A program made the position numbers and the translations under genes. Below, in pieces: positions 43,061 to 51,768 of a stretch of DNA of 64,000 nt. The notes beneath the pieces are model-generated. The model saw only the letters and a program-made list of their open reading frames with translations. It was not told the DNA's origin and did no database searches. Origin of the DNA: an uncultured beta proteobacterium (GTDB lineage: Bacteria; Pseudomonadota; Gammaproteobacteria; Burkholderiales; Casimicrobiaceae); assembly GCA_963741355.1 (NCBI GenBank), contig CAVUIG010000017.1, positions 10,022 through 74,021 of the forward strand, written 5' to 3'. Within the stretch, counting starts at the first letter, position 1; each line of letters begins with the position of its first letter.

Positions 43061-43073
43061 TCCGCCGGCACCA
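43061..43073 (+). repeat. direct repeat of the tRNA-Thr 3' end (att-like)
   Basis: TCCGCCGGCACCA (43061-43073) is identical to the last 13 nt of tRNA-Thr (41912-41924). Extended with a gap it is ACTC--TCCGCCGGCACCA against ACTCCTTCCGCCGGCACCA. No cloverleaf can be folded around it. Confidence 0.5.
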
Positions 43074-43120
43074 AAATCGAATAAGTTTGGCACGCCCCCT
43101 AGGGATCGGCAGTGCGGAAT

Positions 43121-43513
43121 CTAACGCCCGGGCGGACTAGGCAGCTGCTGCGTATCAGCCCAGATCGCCGCGGCCAGGGAATCGTCCTGCCTGTCGTAGC
43201 GAGGCAGGTCAGTCAAAGCGTTGGTCGGCGTCCCGTCTTTCGTGTGACTGTAAAGGTACGCGTTCCGGCCGCGTCTTACGTTGATGCCGACATGGTCCGT
43301 GTTCTTGTAGCTGTCCTGACCGACTTTGTGCATTACCCAAACCTTGTCGCCGCCACGAATGAGACGGGCAACGTCCTCGCACCAAATCCGTTCGCCGTGC
43401 CGAAGTGCAACCATGCCGTTGCGCTCGTCCCGCACGACCTTGTGCAACAGCACTTGATCGATCTCGCCAAGGTTCATGTTCCAGTGGATCGCGCTGATGC
43501 CGTAATGGTCCAT
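43121..43513 (-). CDS. DUF3892-like hypothetical protein
   Basis: Starts at the internal ATG at 43513 (after GAGGG) of ORF 43121..43675. Sequence is MDHYGISAIHWNM...WCEDVARLIRGGDKVWVMHKVG...AYLYSHTKDGTPTNALTDLPRY. The layout recalls DUF3892 (short N-terminal strand, a 'helix + FYV' core, a C-terminal ...ADG..NNLLSLP motif). Third-position GC is lower than in neighbouring genes. Confidence 0.55.
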   Translation of the reverse strand: MDHYGISAIHWNMNLGEIDQVLLHKVVRDERNGMVALRHGERIWCEDVARLIRGGDKVWVMHKVGQDSYKNTDHVGINVRRGRNAYLYSHTKDGTPTNALTDLPRYDRQDDSLAAAIWADTQQLPSPPGR

Positions 43514-43690
43514 TTTCGCCCTCGTACCTGGTAGTGGCGCCCCGCGGCCGAAGTTGATCTGGCCACCTTCCGCCTGAGGCGTAGCAATTCTAGCGCATGA
43601 GCTCGCGCGGCGCGGTAGCGGCGCTGTCCGCGGGCCAAGTGTGCCGCGCGGCAATCGCCGACGTGGGCGGCTCAACGCTCGCGCCAGGAT

Positions 43691-43900
43691 TTACGTTACG
43701 GCGCGGGCGGTCTTGCTCTGGAGAGGGAATCTGACTTCTCGGTCACGCGATTCCATCCGGCGGGCAGCACGACGGAGCTTCGCAAGCGCCGCGTCGGCCC
43801 GCCGCTCTCCGTCTCGCGCAACGGACATAAGAGCGCTCAGCAGGAATCCCGCACTACCGCCAATCCAGAGACCCAGAAAAAACCAGAACACGTCGGTCAT
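43691..43900 (-). CDS. small membrane protein, hypothetical (69 aa)
   Basis: ORF 43691..43900. The ATG is preceded by AGAGGAG at good spacing. One TM helix (FWFFLGLWIGGSAGFLLSALM) is followed by a basic tail. The start lies 14 nt after the stop of the upstream ORF. Confidence 0.45.
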   Translation of the reverse strand: MTDVFWFFLGLWIGGSAGFLLSALMSVARDGERRADAALAKLRRAARRMESRDREVRFPLQSKTARAVT

Positions 43901-43914
43901 GGCCTACTCCTCTG

Positions 43915-44169
43915 TTACCTCCCTGGCACCCAATAACACGGCTCAAGCTTGATCGTTGGCGCGAAGGGACTGTGCAGGCCAATCTCCCGATCGGCCGTAG
44001 GACCAAGCACGACAATTCGAGTGAATTCAGTCGCGGTCATGATGCCTACGCCGTCGGCATGGCCATCGCTCCCCGATTCCTTGATCCAGGTGCCATTCGG
44101 ACGCGCCGCGCCATTGACGAGGATCAATCGCCCTGCCCCCAGGCGGAATAGCCTGAGCGTGTGTTCCAA
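43915..44169 (-). CDS. hypothetical protein (84 aa, TTG start, no clear RBS)
   Basis: ORF 43915..44169. Codon usage looks coding-like and the ORF is tightly followed by the small membrane-protein ORF. No family was recognised and the start is uncertain. Confidence 0.3.
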   Translation of the reverse strand: MEHTLRLFRLGAGRLILVNGAARPNGTWIKESGSDGHADGVGIMTATEFTRIVVLGPTADREIGLHSPFAPTIKLEPCYWVPGR

Positions 44170-44231
44170 GGGATGGGACCGGGCCGATTCATCGCCGCGT
44201 CCCGATACGTCAACTGAACGGGAGATGCCAG

Positions 44232-44735
44232 ATGCTGAGCTTCAGGACCAAATCGATTTGCGCGGCGACGATCTTCGCGCTGAGCGGTGGAATTGCGTTG
44301 GCGGCCGAGGCCGATCTGCAGAAGCAGATCGACGAGGTCAAGGGCGCGCTGCCCAAGTTCGCCATTCCGATGCGCGAAGTCGGCGACCGGTTCCAGAACA
44401 TCTATTTCGCGGCCAAGGACGGCAATTGGGCGCTGGCCGCCTACATGTCGAAGTACATGAACGGCTCGATGAACCCGGCGAGCGTCACCAAGCCGGCCGA
44501 GTACAAGGTCTGGAAGGGGTTCTACGATGGCACCTTCGCGTCCGTGAACAAGGCGATCCAGGCCAAGGACTGGAAGGGCTTCGAAACCGCTTACACCGCC
44601 GTCATTCCCGAGTGCAACAACTGTCATCAAGGGATGGGATACGGATTCATCAAGGTCGTGAAGATGGCAACACCCGCGGACAACGGCATCGACTACAAGA
44701 CGATCAAATCCGAGCCGGGCGACGTGCCCAAGTAA
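44232..44735 (+). CDS. periplasmic helical protein with a single CXXCH haem-c motif (class II cytochrome-like?)
   Basis: ORF 44232..44735 (167 aa). It has a signal peptide MLSFRTKSICAATIFALSGGIALA, helical-looking repeats, and IPECNNCHQGMGYG towards the C-terminus. The cytochrome assignment rests on the CXXCH motif alone. Confidence 0.55.
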   Translation: MLSFRTKSICAATIFALSGGIALAAEADLQKQIDEVKGALPKFAIPMREVGDRFQNIYFAAKDGNWALAAYMSKYMNGSMNPASVTKPAEYKVWKGFYDGTFASVNKAIQAKDWKGFETAYTAVIPECNNCHQGMGYGFIKVVKMATPADNGIDYKTIKSEPGDVPK

Positions 44736-44754
44736 TTCGACGCGCCGGGCAATC

Positions 44755-44784
44755 AAGGGCGGGATATCCCGCCCTTTTCTTTTG
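44755..44784 (+). terminator. rho-independent terminator
   Basis: AAGGGCGGGATATCCCGCCCTT is a perfect 22-nt palindrome, followed by TTCTTTTGG. Confidence 0.7.
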
Positions 44785-44941
44785 GCGCACCCGGCGGACA
44801 TGGACGGACGAGCAACACGCAGTGCGCCCAGTCACCGGCGCGCGTCCCGCAGACACCCGGCGTTGCCCCGGCGCCGAAAAAGTGTGCCAATCCGGCCGCT
44901 TCGTTGGACAATTGCGGTTTACGCGTCCTTTCGGAGCCCAA

Positions 44942-46146
44942 ATGAATCGCGTCTGCCGCCTGCTGGTCGTGACCGCGGCCCTCCTCGCCACCGCTGGCGT
45001 CCACCGCGCTCGCCGCAGAGCCCGTGAAGCTGGGCGAGCTCAACAGCTACAAGACCTTCCCGGCCTTTCTCGAGCCCTACAAGAAGGGCATGGAGCTCGC
45101 GCGGGACGAGATCAACGCCGCGGGCGGCGTCCTCGGGCGCCCGATCGAGATCGTCGTGCGCGACGACAACGGCAATCCGGGCGATGCGGTGCGCGTCGCC
45201 GAAGAGCTCCTGTCGCGCGAGAAGGTCGTGATGCTGATGGGCACGTTCGCATCGAACGTGGGCCTCGCGGTCGCCGACCTCGCCCGGCAGCGCAAGGTGC
45301 CGTTCCTCGCCGCCGAGCCCCTCACCGACAAGATCGTCTGGGAGAACGGCAACAAGTACACGTACCGGCTGCGCGCGTCGACTTTCATGCAGACGGCGAT
45401 GCTGGCGCCGGAGGCCGCGAAGCTCGGCAAGAAGCGCTGGGCGATCGTCTACCCGAACTACGAGTACGGCCAGTCGGCGACCGCGGCGTTCAAGAAGCTG
45501 ATGATCGCGCTGCAGCCGGGCGGCATCGAATTCGTCGAGCAGGCGGTGCCGCTCGGCAAGATCGAGGCCGGACCGGTCGTGCAGGCATTGATCGACGCGA
45601 AGCCGGACGCGATTTTCTCGTCGCTCTTCGCCACCGACCTCGCCCGCTTCGTCCGCGAAGGCGAGCTGCGCGGGCTCTTCAAGGATCGCCCGGTGTTCAA
45701 CCTGCTGGGCGGCGAGCCCGAATACCTCGATCCGATGAAGGACGAGGCGCCGGTCGGCTGGTGGGTGACGGGCTACCCGTGGTACGCGATCGGAACCCCC
45801 GCGCACAAGCGTTTCCTCGACGCGTATCAGGCGAAATGGAAGGACTACCCGCGCTTAGGCTCCGTCGTCGGCTATACGACGATCGTCACGGCCGCCGCCG
45901 CGATCCGCAAGGCGGGATCCACGGACCCCGAGAAGATCGTCGCCGCGCTCGGCCAACCTCAGCGTCGAGTCGCCATTCGGCAGGATCACCTTCCGGACCC
46001 TCGACCATCAATCGACGATGGGCGCGTTCGTCGGACGCACGGCGGTCAAGGACGGCAAGGGCGTGATGGTCGACTGGCGCTACGCCGACGGCAAGGACTA
46101 CCTGCCCTCGGACGATGCCGTGAAGAAGCTTCGACCCGCGGACTGA
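44942..46146 (+). CDS. Liv-type (branched-chain amino acid family) ABC substrate-binding protein, 2 frameshifts
   Basis: The signal peptide MNRVCRLLVVTAALLATAGV starts at the ATG at 44942. The body is ORF 45024..46181 (KLGELNSYKTFPAFLEPYKKGMELARDEINAAGGVLGRPIEIVVRDDNGNPGDAV...). The natural end ...LSVESPFGRITFRTLDHQSTMGAFVGRTAVKDGKGVMVDWRYADGKDYLPSDDAVKKLRPAD* is in a third frame. The shifts are at about 45000 and about 45951. Confidence 0.8.
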
Positions 46147-46291
46147 CCGAGACATTCGGACAGTACCCCGGCGCTACGTGACGCCAATCGCCGGGGCCGC
46201 GGAATGACGCCGCGTCGACGGCGGGCGCGCCCGGCGGGCTAGAATCGCGGCCTGCGGCGCTACGCGCGCCGCCGACCCGATTCCCCGCCGC

Positions 46292-48172
46292 GTGTCTTCC
46301 GCCTCCCTGCTCGCGCAACTGCTGACCGGCCTTTCCGGCGCGTCGTCGCTGTTCCTCGTCGCCGCGGGCCTGACGCTGATCTTCGGCGTCACCCGCGTGG
46401 TCAATTTCGCCCACGGCTCGCTGTACATGCTGGGCGCGTACATCGCCTGGACGCTGAGCGAAGCGCTGGGGCGCGGCCCGCTCGGCGTCTGGGGCGGCGT
46501 TCTGGTCGCGGCGCTGGCGGTCGCCGCGCTCGGCGCGCTGATCGAGGCGCTGCTCCTGAAGCGCATCTACTCGGCGCCCGAGCTCCTGCAGCTCGCGGCG
46601 ACGTTCGGCATCGTGCTGATCGTTCGCGATGCGGCGCTGGCGATCTGGGGGCCGGAGGATCTCCTCGGTCCGCGCGCCCCCGGCTTCACCGGCGCCATCG
46701 ACGTGCTGGGGCGCGCGGTGCCGACCTACGACCTCCTTCTCATCGCCGTCGGCCCGGTCGTGCTCATCGGCCTGACCTGGCTCATTCACAAGACGCGCTT
46801 CGGCATGCTCGTGCGCGCGGCGACGGAGAACCGCGTCATCGCCGGCGCGCTCGGCATCAACGAGCGCGCGCTCTTCACCAGCGTATTCGCCCTCGGCGCT
46901 TTTCTCGCCGGCCTCGCCGGCGCCCTGCAGCTGCCGCAGGAGCCGGCCAATCTCGGCATGGACCTCGCAATCATCGCCGAGGCGTTCGTCGTCACCGTCG
47001 TCGGCGGACTGGGATCGATCCCGGGCGCCTTTCTCGCCGCGCTGGTCATCGGATTGACGCGTGCGCTGTGCATCGGCCTCGGCACCGTCGAGATCGGCGG
47101 CATCGCGATCGCGTTTCCGAAGCTCACGCTCGTCGCCGAATTCGTCGTGATGGCGGTCGTGCTGGTCGTGAGGCCCTACGGCTTCCTCGGCAAGGCCCCG
47201 CCGGCGCCGCCGACGACGCCCCTCGCCGAATTTCGCGCGCTCATCGTCGCGCCCGGCCGCCCGGCCGCCATCGCCGCGTTGGTCGCCTTCGCGCTGGCGG
47301 CACTGCTGCCGTTCGTCGGTGACGCGTACACGCTGGTGCTCGCGACCGACGTCATCGTGTTCGCGCTGTTCGCCGCGAGCCTGCAGTTCCTGATGGGGAC
47401 CGGCGGAATGGCCTCGTTCGGGCATGCCGCCTACTTCGGCGTCGGCGCCTACGCCGCGGCGATCGCCGCCAAACACGGTTGGCCGATGGGGACGGCGCTC
47501 GCGGCCGCGCCATTTGCCGGATTCGCCGGCGCGGTCGTCGTCGGCTGGTTCTGCGTGCGGCTTTCGGGGGTCTACCTCGCAATGCTCACGCTCGCCTTCG
47601 CGCAGATCGCGTGGTCGATCGCGTTCCAGTGGGACAGCGTGACCGGCGGCTCCAACGGCCTCGTCGGCATCTGGCCGCCGGAATGGCTCGCGCAGGGCCG
47701 CGCCTACTACTGGCTCGTCCTCGGCCTCGGCGCGACCGCCCTCGCCGCGCTCGCCTGGATCGCACAGGCGCCGCTCGGGTACGCGCTCCGCGCCTGTCGC
47801 GACTCGTCGCTGCGGGCGCAGGCGATCGGTATCGACGTTCGCGGCACGCAGCGCACGGCATTCGCGCTTGCGGGCGCGTTCGCCGGGCTCGCCGGCGGGC
47901 TGTATGCGTTCTCCAAGGGCAGCATCTCCCCGGAGACGCTCGCCATTCCGCGTTCCGTCGACGCGCTCGTCATGGTGCTGCTCGGCGGGCTCAATGCGCT
48001 CGCCGGCCCTCTCATTGGCGCAGGCGTGTTCACCTGGCTTTCCGACACGCTCGCACGGGTCACCGACTACTGGCACGCGGTGCTGGGTGCCGCGATCCTC
48101 GTGATCGTGCTCGCGTTTCCGATGGGGATCGGCGGCGCGCTGTCGCGTTTCACCGCACGGTGGCGGGCATGA
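46292..48172 (+). CDS. fused LivH-LivM-type ABC transporter permease
   Basis: ORF 46292..48172 (626 aa, GTG start), intact. The first half is LivH-like (LIFGVTRVVNFAHGSLYMLGAYIAW...) and the second half is LivM-like (LMGTGGMASFGHAAYFGVGAYAAA...). A Pro/Ala linker joins them. Confidence 0.85.
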   Translation: MSSASLLAQLLTGLSGASSLFLVAAGLTLIFGVTRVVNFAHGSLYMLGAYIAWTLSEALGRGPLGVWGGVLVAALAVAALGALIEALLLKRIYSAPELLQLAATFGIVLIVRDAALAIWGPEDLLGPRAPGFTGAIDVLGRAVPTYDLLLIAVGPVVLIGLTWLIHKTRFGMLVRAATENRVIAGALGINERALFTSVFALGAFLAGLAGALQLPQEPANLGMDLAIIAEAFVVTVVGGLGSIPGAFLAALVIGLTRALCIGLGTVEIGGIAIAFPKLTLVAEFVVMAVVLVVRPYGFLGKAPPAPPTTPLAEFRALIVAPGRPAAIAALVAFALAALLPFVGDAYTLVLATDVIVFALFAASLQFLMGTGGMASFGHAAYFGVGAYAAAIAAKHGWPMGTALAAAPFAGFAGAVVVGWFCVRLSGVYLAMLTLAFAQIAWSIAFQWDSVTGGSNGLVGIWPPEWLAQGRAYYWLVLGLGATALAALAWIAQAPLGYALRACRDSSLRAQAIGIDVRGTQRTAFALAGAFAGLAGGLYAFSKGSISPETLAIPRSVDALVMVLLGGLNALAGPLIGAGVFTWLSDTLARVTDYWHAVLGAAILVIVLAFPMGIGGALSRFTARWRA

Positions 48173-48922
48173 CGACGATCCTGCGCGTCGACGGTCTCTG
48201 CCGCGATTTCGATGGCGTGCACGCGGTGCGCGACGTGTCGTTCGAAGTCGACGCCGGCGAGCTCGTCGCGCTGATCGGTCCCAATGGCGCCGGCAAGACC
48301 ACCTGCTTCAACCTCGTCAACGGCCAGCTCGTGCCCGACGCGGGCTCGGTGCGACTCGGCGACGCGCGCATCGACGGGCTGCCGCCGCGCACGATCGCGA
48401 AGATGGGTGTGGGCCGCACGTTCCAGGTCGCGGCAACGTTCGCGTCGATGACCGTCCGCGAGAACGTGCAGCTCGCCCTGCTCGCGCACGCGGGGAAGGA
48501 CCGCGGCGTCGGCGCGCGGGCAACACTCGCGCTTCGCGCGGAAGCCGACGCGCTGCTCGCCCGAGTGCGCATGACGAAGTTCGCCGATCAGGGCTGCGCG
48601 ACGCTCGCTTACGGGGACGCCAAGCGCGTCGAGCTCGCGCTGGCGCTGGCCGGCGGCCCGCGGCTCCTGCTGATGGACGAGCCGACGGCGGGCATGTCGC
48701 CCAACTCGCGCAACCGGCTGATGCAGCTCGCCGCCGATCTCGCGCGCGAGCAGCAGATCGCGGTGCTGTTCACCGACCACGACATGGACGTCGTGTTCGG
48801 GCATGCCGACCGCGTCATCGTGCTCGACCGCGGCCGCATCCTCGCCACCGGGCACGCCGGAGGAAATTCGCGCCGATCCGCGCGTGCGCGCGATCTACCT
48901 CGGAGAGGACGAGGCGGCGTAG
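48169..48922 (+). CDS. LivG-type ABC transporter ATP-binding protein (one frameshift near the 3' end)
   Basis: The ATG at 48169 overlaps the permease stop. Sequence is MTTILRVDGLCRDFDGVHAVRDVSFEV...LIGPNGAGKTTCFN...LLLMDEPTAGM.... After ...RGRILATG an extra base at about 48853 hides the natural end TPEEIRADPRVRAIYLGEDEAA*. Confidence 0.8.
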
Positions 48923-48964
48923 ACGCGGGAACCGCGTTACGCGCGGAGCGGCGCGCACGGAACG

Positions 48965-50146
48965 TCAGCCGGTGAGGCGCGCGAATCCGTCGGCGAGATC
49001 GTCGATGAGATCGGCCGGATCCTCGAGCCCGATGGCGAGCCGCAGGCACGGGCCGCCCGCGTCCCAGCGCGTCGCGGTGCGCGCGCGCTCCGGATAGGTC
49101 GGAATCACGAGGCTCTCGAATCCGCCCCAGCTCCAGCCCATGCTGAACAGGCGCATCCCGTCCAGCATCGCGTCGATGCGGGCCTTCTCCACGGGCTGCA
49201 GCACCACGGCGAAGAGTCCCGACGCCGCCACGAAATCGCGCTTCCACAGCTCGTGGCCCCGCGAGCCGGGACGCGCCGGATAGATGACCTCCTTCACCTC
49301 CGGCCGGGCCGCGAGCCACGCCGCGATCTCGAGCGCGCTCGCCTGGTGCCGCGCGAGCCGGGTCGGCAGCGTGCGCAGGCCGCGCAGGCCGAGAAAGCAA
49401 TCGTCGGAGGACGCGGTGACGCCCATGTCGGTCCACAGCCGGTGCAACTCGGGAAAGGCGCTTTCGTTGCTGACGATGAGTCCGAGCAGAACGTCGGAAT
49501 GGCCGCCGATGTATTTGGTCGCCGCGTGGACGGAGACGTCGACGCCATGATCGAACGAGCGGAGGCCGAACGGAGTCGCCCATGAATTGTCGATGATGAC
49601 GCGCGCGCCGCGGCGGTGCGCGACCGCGGCGATTGCCGGGATGTCCTGCACCTCGAAGGTCAGCGATCCGGGCGATTCCGTGAAGACGAGCTTCGTGTTG
49701 TCGCGGAAATCGCGCTCGATCGCGGCGCCCGCCAGCGGATCGTAATAGCTCACCTCGATGCCGAAGCGCGGCAGATGCAGGTCGCAGAACCGGCGCGTCG
49801 GCCCGTAGACGGCGTCGGTGACGAGGACGTGATCGCCGGTGCGCGAGAGCGCCAGCAGCGGGAACGTCGTCGCGGTGAGTCCGGAAGGAACCGCCAGCGC
49901 CGCGAAGCCGCCTTCGATCTCGGCGACCGCGCGCTGCAGGTCGGTGACGGTCGGCAATCCGTGCAGGCCATACGTAATGCCCGGATGCTGGCCGCGTGCC
50001 GACTGCTCGAGCTCGGCGACCGTTTCGAAGAGGATCGTCGTCGCGCGAAACACCGGCGTGTTGACGGCCCCCATGAACTTTTCGGAGTCGCGCCCGAGGT
50101 GGCCCGCCTGCGTGGCGGGCCGCATCGGTTTCTTTTCCTTGGTCAT
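48965..50146 (-). CDS. metC: cystathionine beta-lyase (PLP-dependent, Cys/Met metabolism family)
   Basis: Starts at an internal ATG of ORF 48965..50446. Sequence is MTKEKKPMRPATQAGHLGRD...VNTPVFRATTILF...SPGSLTFEVQDIPAIA...DNSWATP...VHAATKYIGGHSDVLLG.... Intact (393 aa). Confidence 0.85.
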   Translation of the reverse strand: MTKEKKPMRPATQAGHLGRDSEKFMGAVNTPVFRATTILFETVAELEQSARGQHPGITYGLHGLPTVTDLQRAVAEIEGGFAALAVPSGLTATTFPLLALSRTGDHVLVTDAVYGPTRRFCDLHLPRFGIEVSYYDPLAGAAIERDFRDNTKLVFTESPGSLTFEVQDIPAIAAVAHRRGARVIIDNSWATPFGLRSFDHGVDVSVHAATKYIGGHSDVLLGLIVSNESAFPELHRLWTDMGVTASSDDCFLGLRGLRTLPTRLARHQASALEIAAWLAARPEVKEVIYPARPGSRGHELWKRDFVAASGLFAVVLQPVEKARIDAMLDGMRLFSMGWSWGGFESLVIPTYPERARTATRWDAGGPCLRLAIGLEDPADLIDDLADGFARLTG

Positions 50147-50660
50147 GCCGCGTCCTTGTTGATGGCGGGTGCCAGCGCCGCGCGGATCTGCGCGATCTTC
50201 TCGGGGATCGGCGTCGCCACGTCGACGACGATTGCATCGGCGGCTCCTCGAGCGTGGCGAACTGGCTTTCGAGCAGCGTCGCCGGCATGTAGCGATGGGT
50301 GCGGCGACGAAACGCGGGGCAAGATCGCCTCGTAGTCGCCCTTGAGATGGACGAAGCGGACCTCGCCCGGCCGCCCTCGCGGCGGACGGCGATCCGGTCG
50401 CGATACGCTTGCTTAAGGGCCGAGCATGCGAGCACGGCGTGGCCATCGGCCGCGAGCACGGCAGCGATCTTCGCCGCGAGCGCGTCGAGCCAGGGCCAGC
50501 GATCGACGTCGGTCAGCGGCGTGCCGGCCGCCATCTTCGCGACGTTTTCCGGCGGATGGAAATCGTCGCCGTCGAAGAACGGCCAGCCGAGCGCCTCGGC
50601 GAGCGCGCGCCCGACCGCCGATTTGCCCGACCCCGACACGCCCATCACTACGACGACCAT
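50143..50660 (-). CDS. gntK: gluconokinase (about 2 frameshifts)
   Basis: Sequence is MVVVVMGVSGSGKSAVGRALAEALGWPFFDGDDFHPPENVAKMAAGTPLTDVDRWPWLDALA...ACSALKQAYRDRI (ORF 48609..50660). The later parts (HRYMPATLLESQFATLEEP and the end ...IAQIRAALAPAINKDAA*) lie in other frames. The stop overlaps the metC ATG. Confidence 0.75.
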
Positions 50661-50758
50661 CGGTCCACCGCTCGTTTCCCCTCAGTGCGAATGCGCCTGC
50701 GAACCCCTGCCAGGGCGCCCCGGGATGCTACCGAGTAATCGCGATTCCGCCAATCGAG

Positions 50759-51608
50759 TCATCGCGTGGGGTAACGCGTCGCCAGGAAGGCCGCGCCGAC
50801 GATCAGCGTGCCTCCGATGAGCGTTCGCACGCCGGGAACCTCGCCCAGGAGGAGCAGCGCCAGCGCGATCCCGTAGACGGGCTCGAGGGCCACGATGACG
50901 CTCGCCGTGTGCGCGCTGATGGTGCGCAACCCGGCGATGAAGAGCGTGTGCGCGAGCGCCGTGCAGACGAGGCCCAGCACCAGGATCAGCGCGACGTCGC
51001 GGGCGCCGATCGCGCCGAGCGCCGCCGGGCTCGCCCACGCGAAGGGCAGAAGGCACAGCGCTGCGGTCAGGTTCTGCCAGAAGGCGACGTCGACCGCGCG
51101 CCGGTTGGCGACGAGGCGCCGGTTCAGCACCGCGAGCAGCGCAAAGGTGAATCCGGAGACGAGCCCCCACGCGAGCCCCTGCAGCGTGCGGTCCTGCAGC
51201 GAGAACGAGGGCACGAGCGCGACGAGGCCGAGCGTCACCAGGAGCGCCGTCGCGACCTTGCGCGGCGTCCATTGCCTGCGCAGCAGCAGCCATTCGAGGA
51301 TCAGCACGAACAGCGGAAAGCTCGCGAACCCGAGGAGGCCGATGGCGACCGTCGACGGTCTGGATCGCCGCGAAGAAGCTCACCCAGTGGAGCGCCAGCA
51401 CCGCGCCGTTGGTCACGAGACGAAGCTCGAACGGGCGCCGGACCGCGCGCGTGCGGAGCAGGACGATGCCGAGCGCCGCCGCCGCGACGGCGGCGCGGCC
51501 CAGCACGATCGCGACGGGCGAAAGGTCGATCCACTTGCCGAAGAGCCCCGCGAATCCGAACAGGAGCACCGCCGCGTGCAGTGCCGCAAGCGCGCTCCCG
51601 CGGGACAT
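50759..51608 (-). CDS. EamA/DMT-family transporter (one frameshift)
   Basis: The N-terminal half comes from ORF 50682..51608 (MSRGSALAALHAAVLLFGFAGLFGKWIDLSPVAIVLGRAAVAAAALGIVLL...). The C-terminal half is ORF 50759..51307 (...ALEPVYGIALALLLLGEVPGVRTLIGGTLIVGAAFLATR). The shift is at about 51340. Confidence 0.75.
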
Positions 51609-51768
51609 TCAGCAACGGCGGACGTTCGGCGTCATGGACCGCATTGTGCCACCCCGGCCATCGGAGGCCGCGCTGCGCTAGAATCGCGCTGCCACGAACG
51701 ATTTCCGATGCCCGAGGCCGCGCGCGCCACAGAACGCGCGCGCCAGACCCCCGCACCCGGAGGAGCCG

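Noticed and set aside
42960-43073. A possible second (pseudo-)tRNA, because of the GTTCGAATC (T-loop-like) sequence and the ...CCGCCGGCACCA end.
   Set aside because: No complementary 5' acceptor strand (GCCGGCG) and no D or anticodon arms can be folded upstream. Only the terminal 13-19 nt match tRNA-Thr, so it was treated as an att-like repeat instead.
42849-43124. A 91-aa Cys-rich ORF (HCEEH...C...CKRC) in the ORF-poor stretch after tRNA-Thr, a possible small zinc-ribbon protein.
   Set aside because: It has no convincing RBS. It runs straight across the att-like tRNA repeat, its composition is like the overlapping alternative frames, and no family was recognised. The evidence is insufficient to call it a gene.
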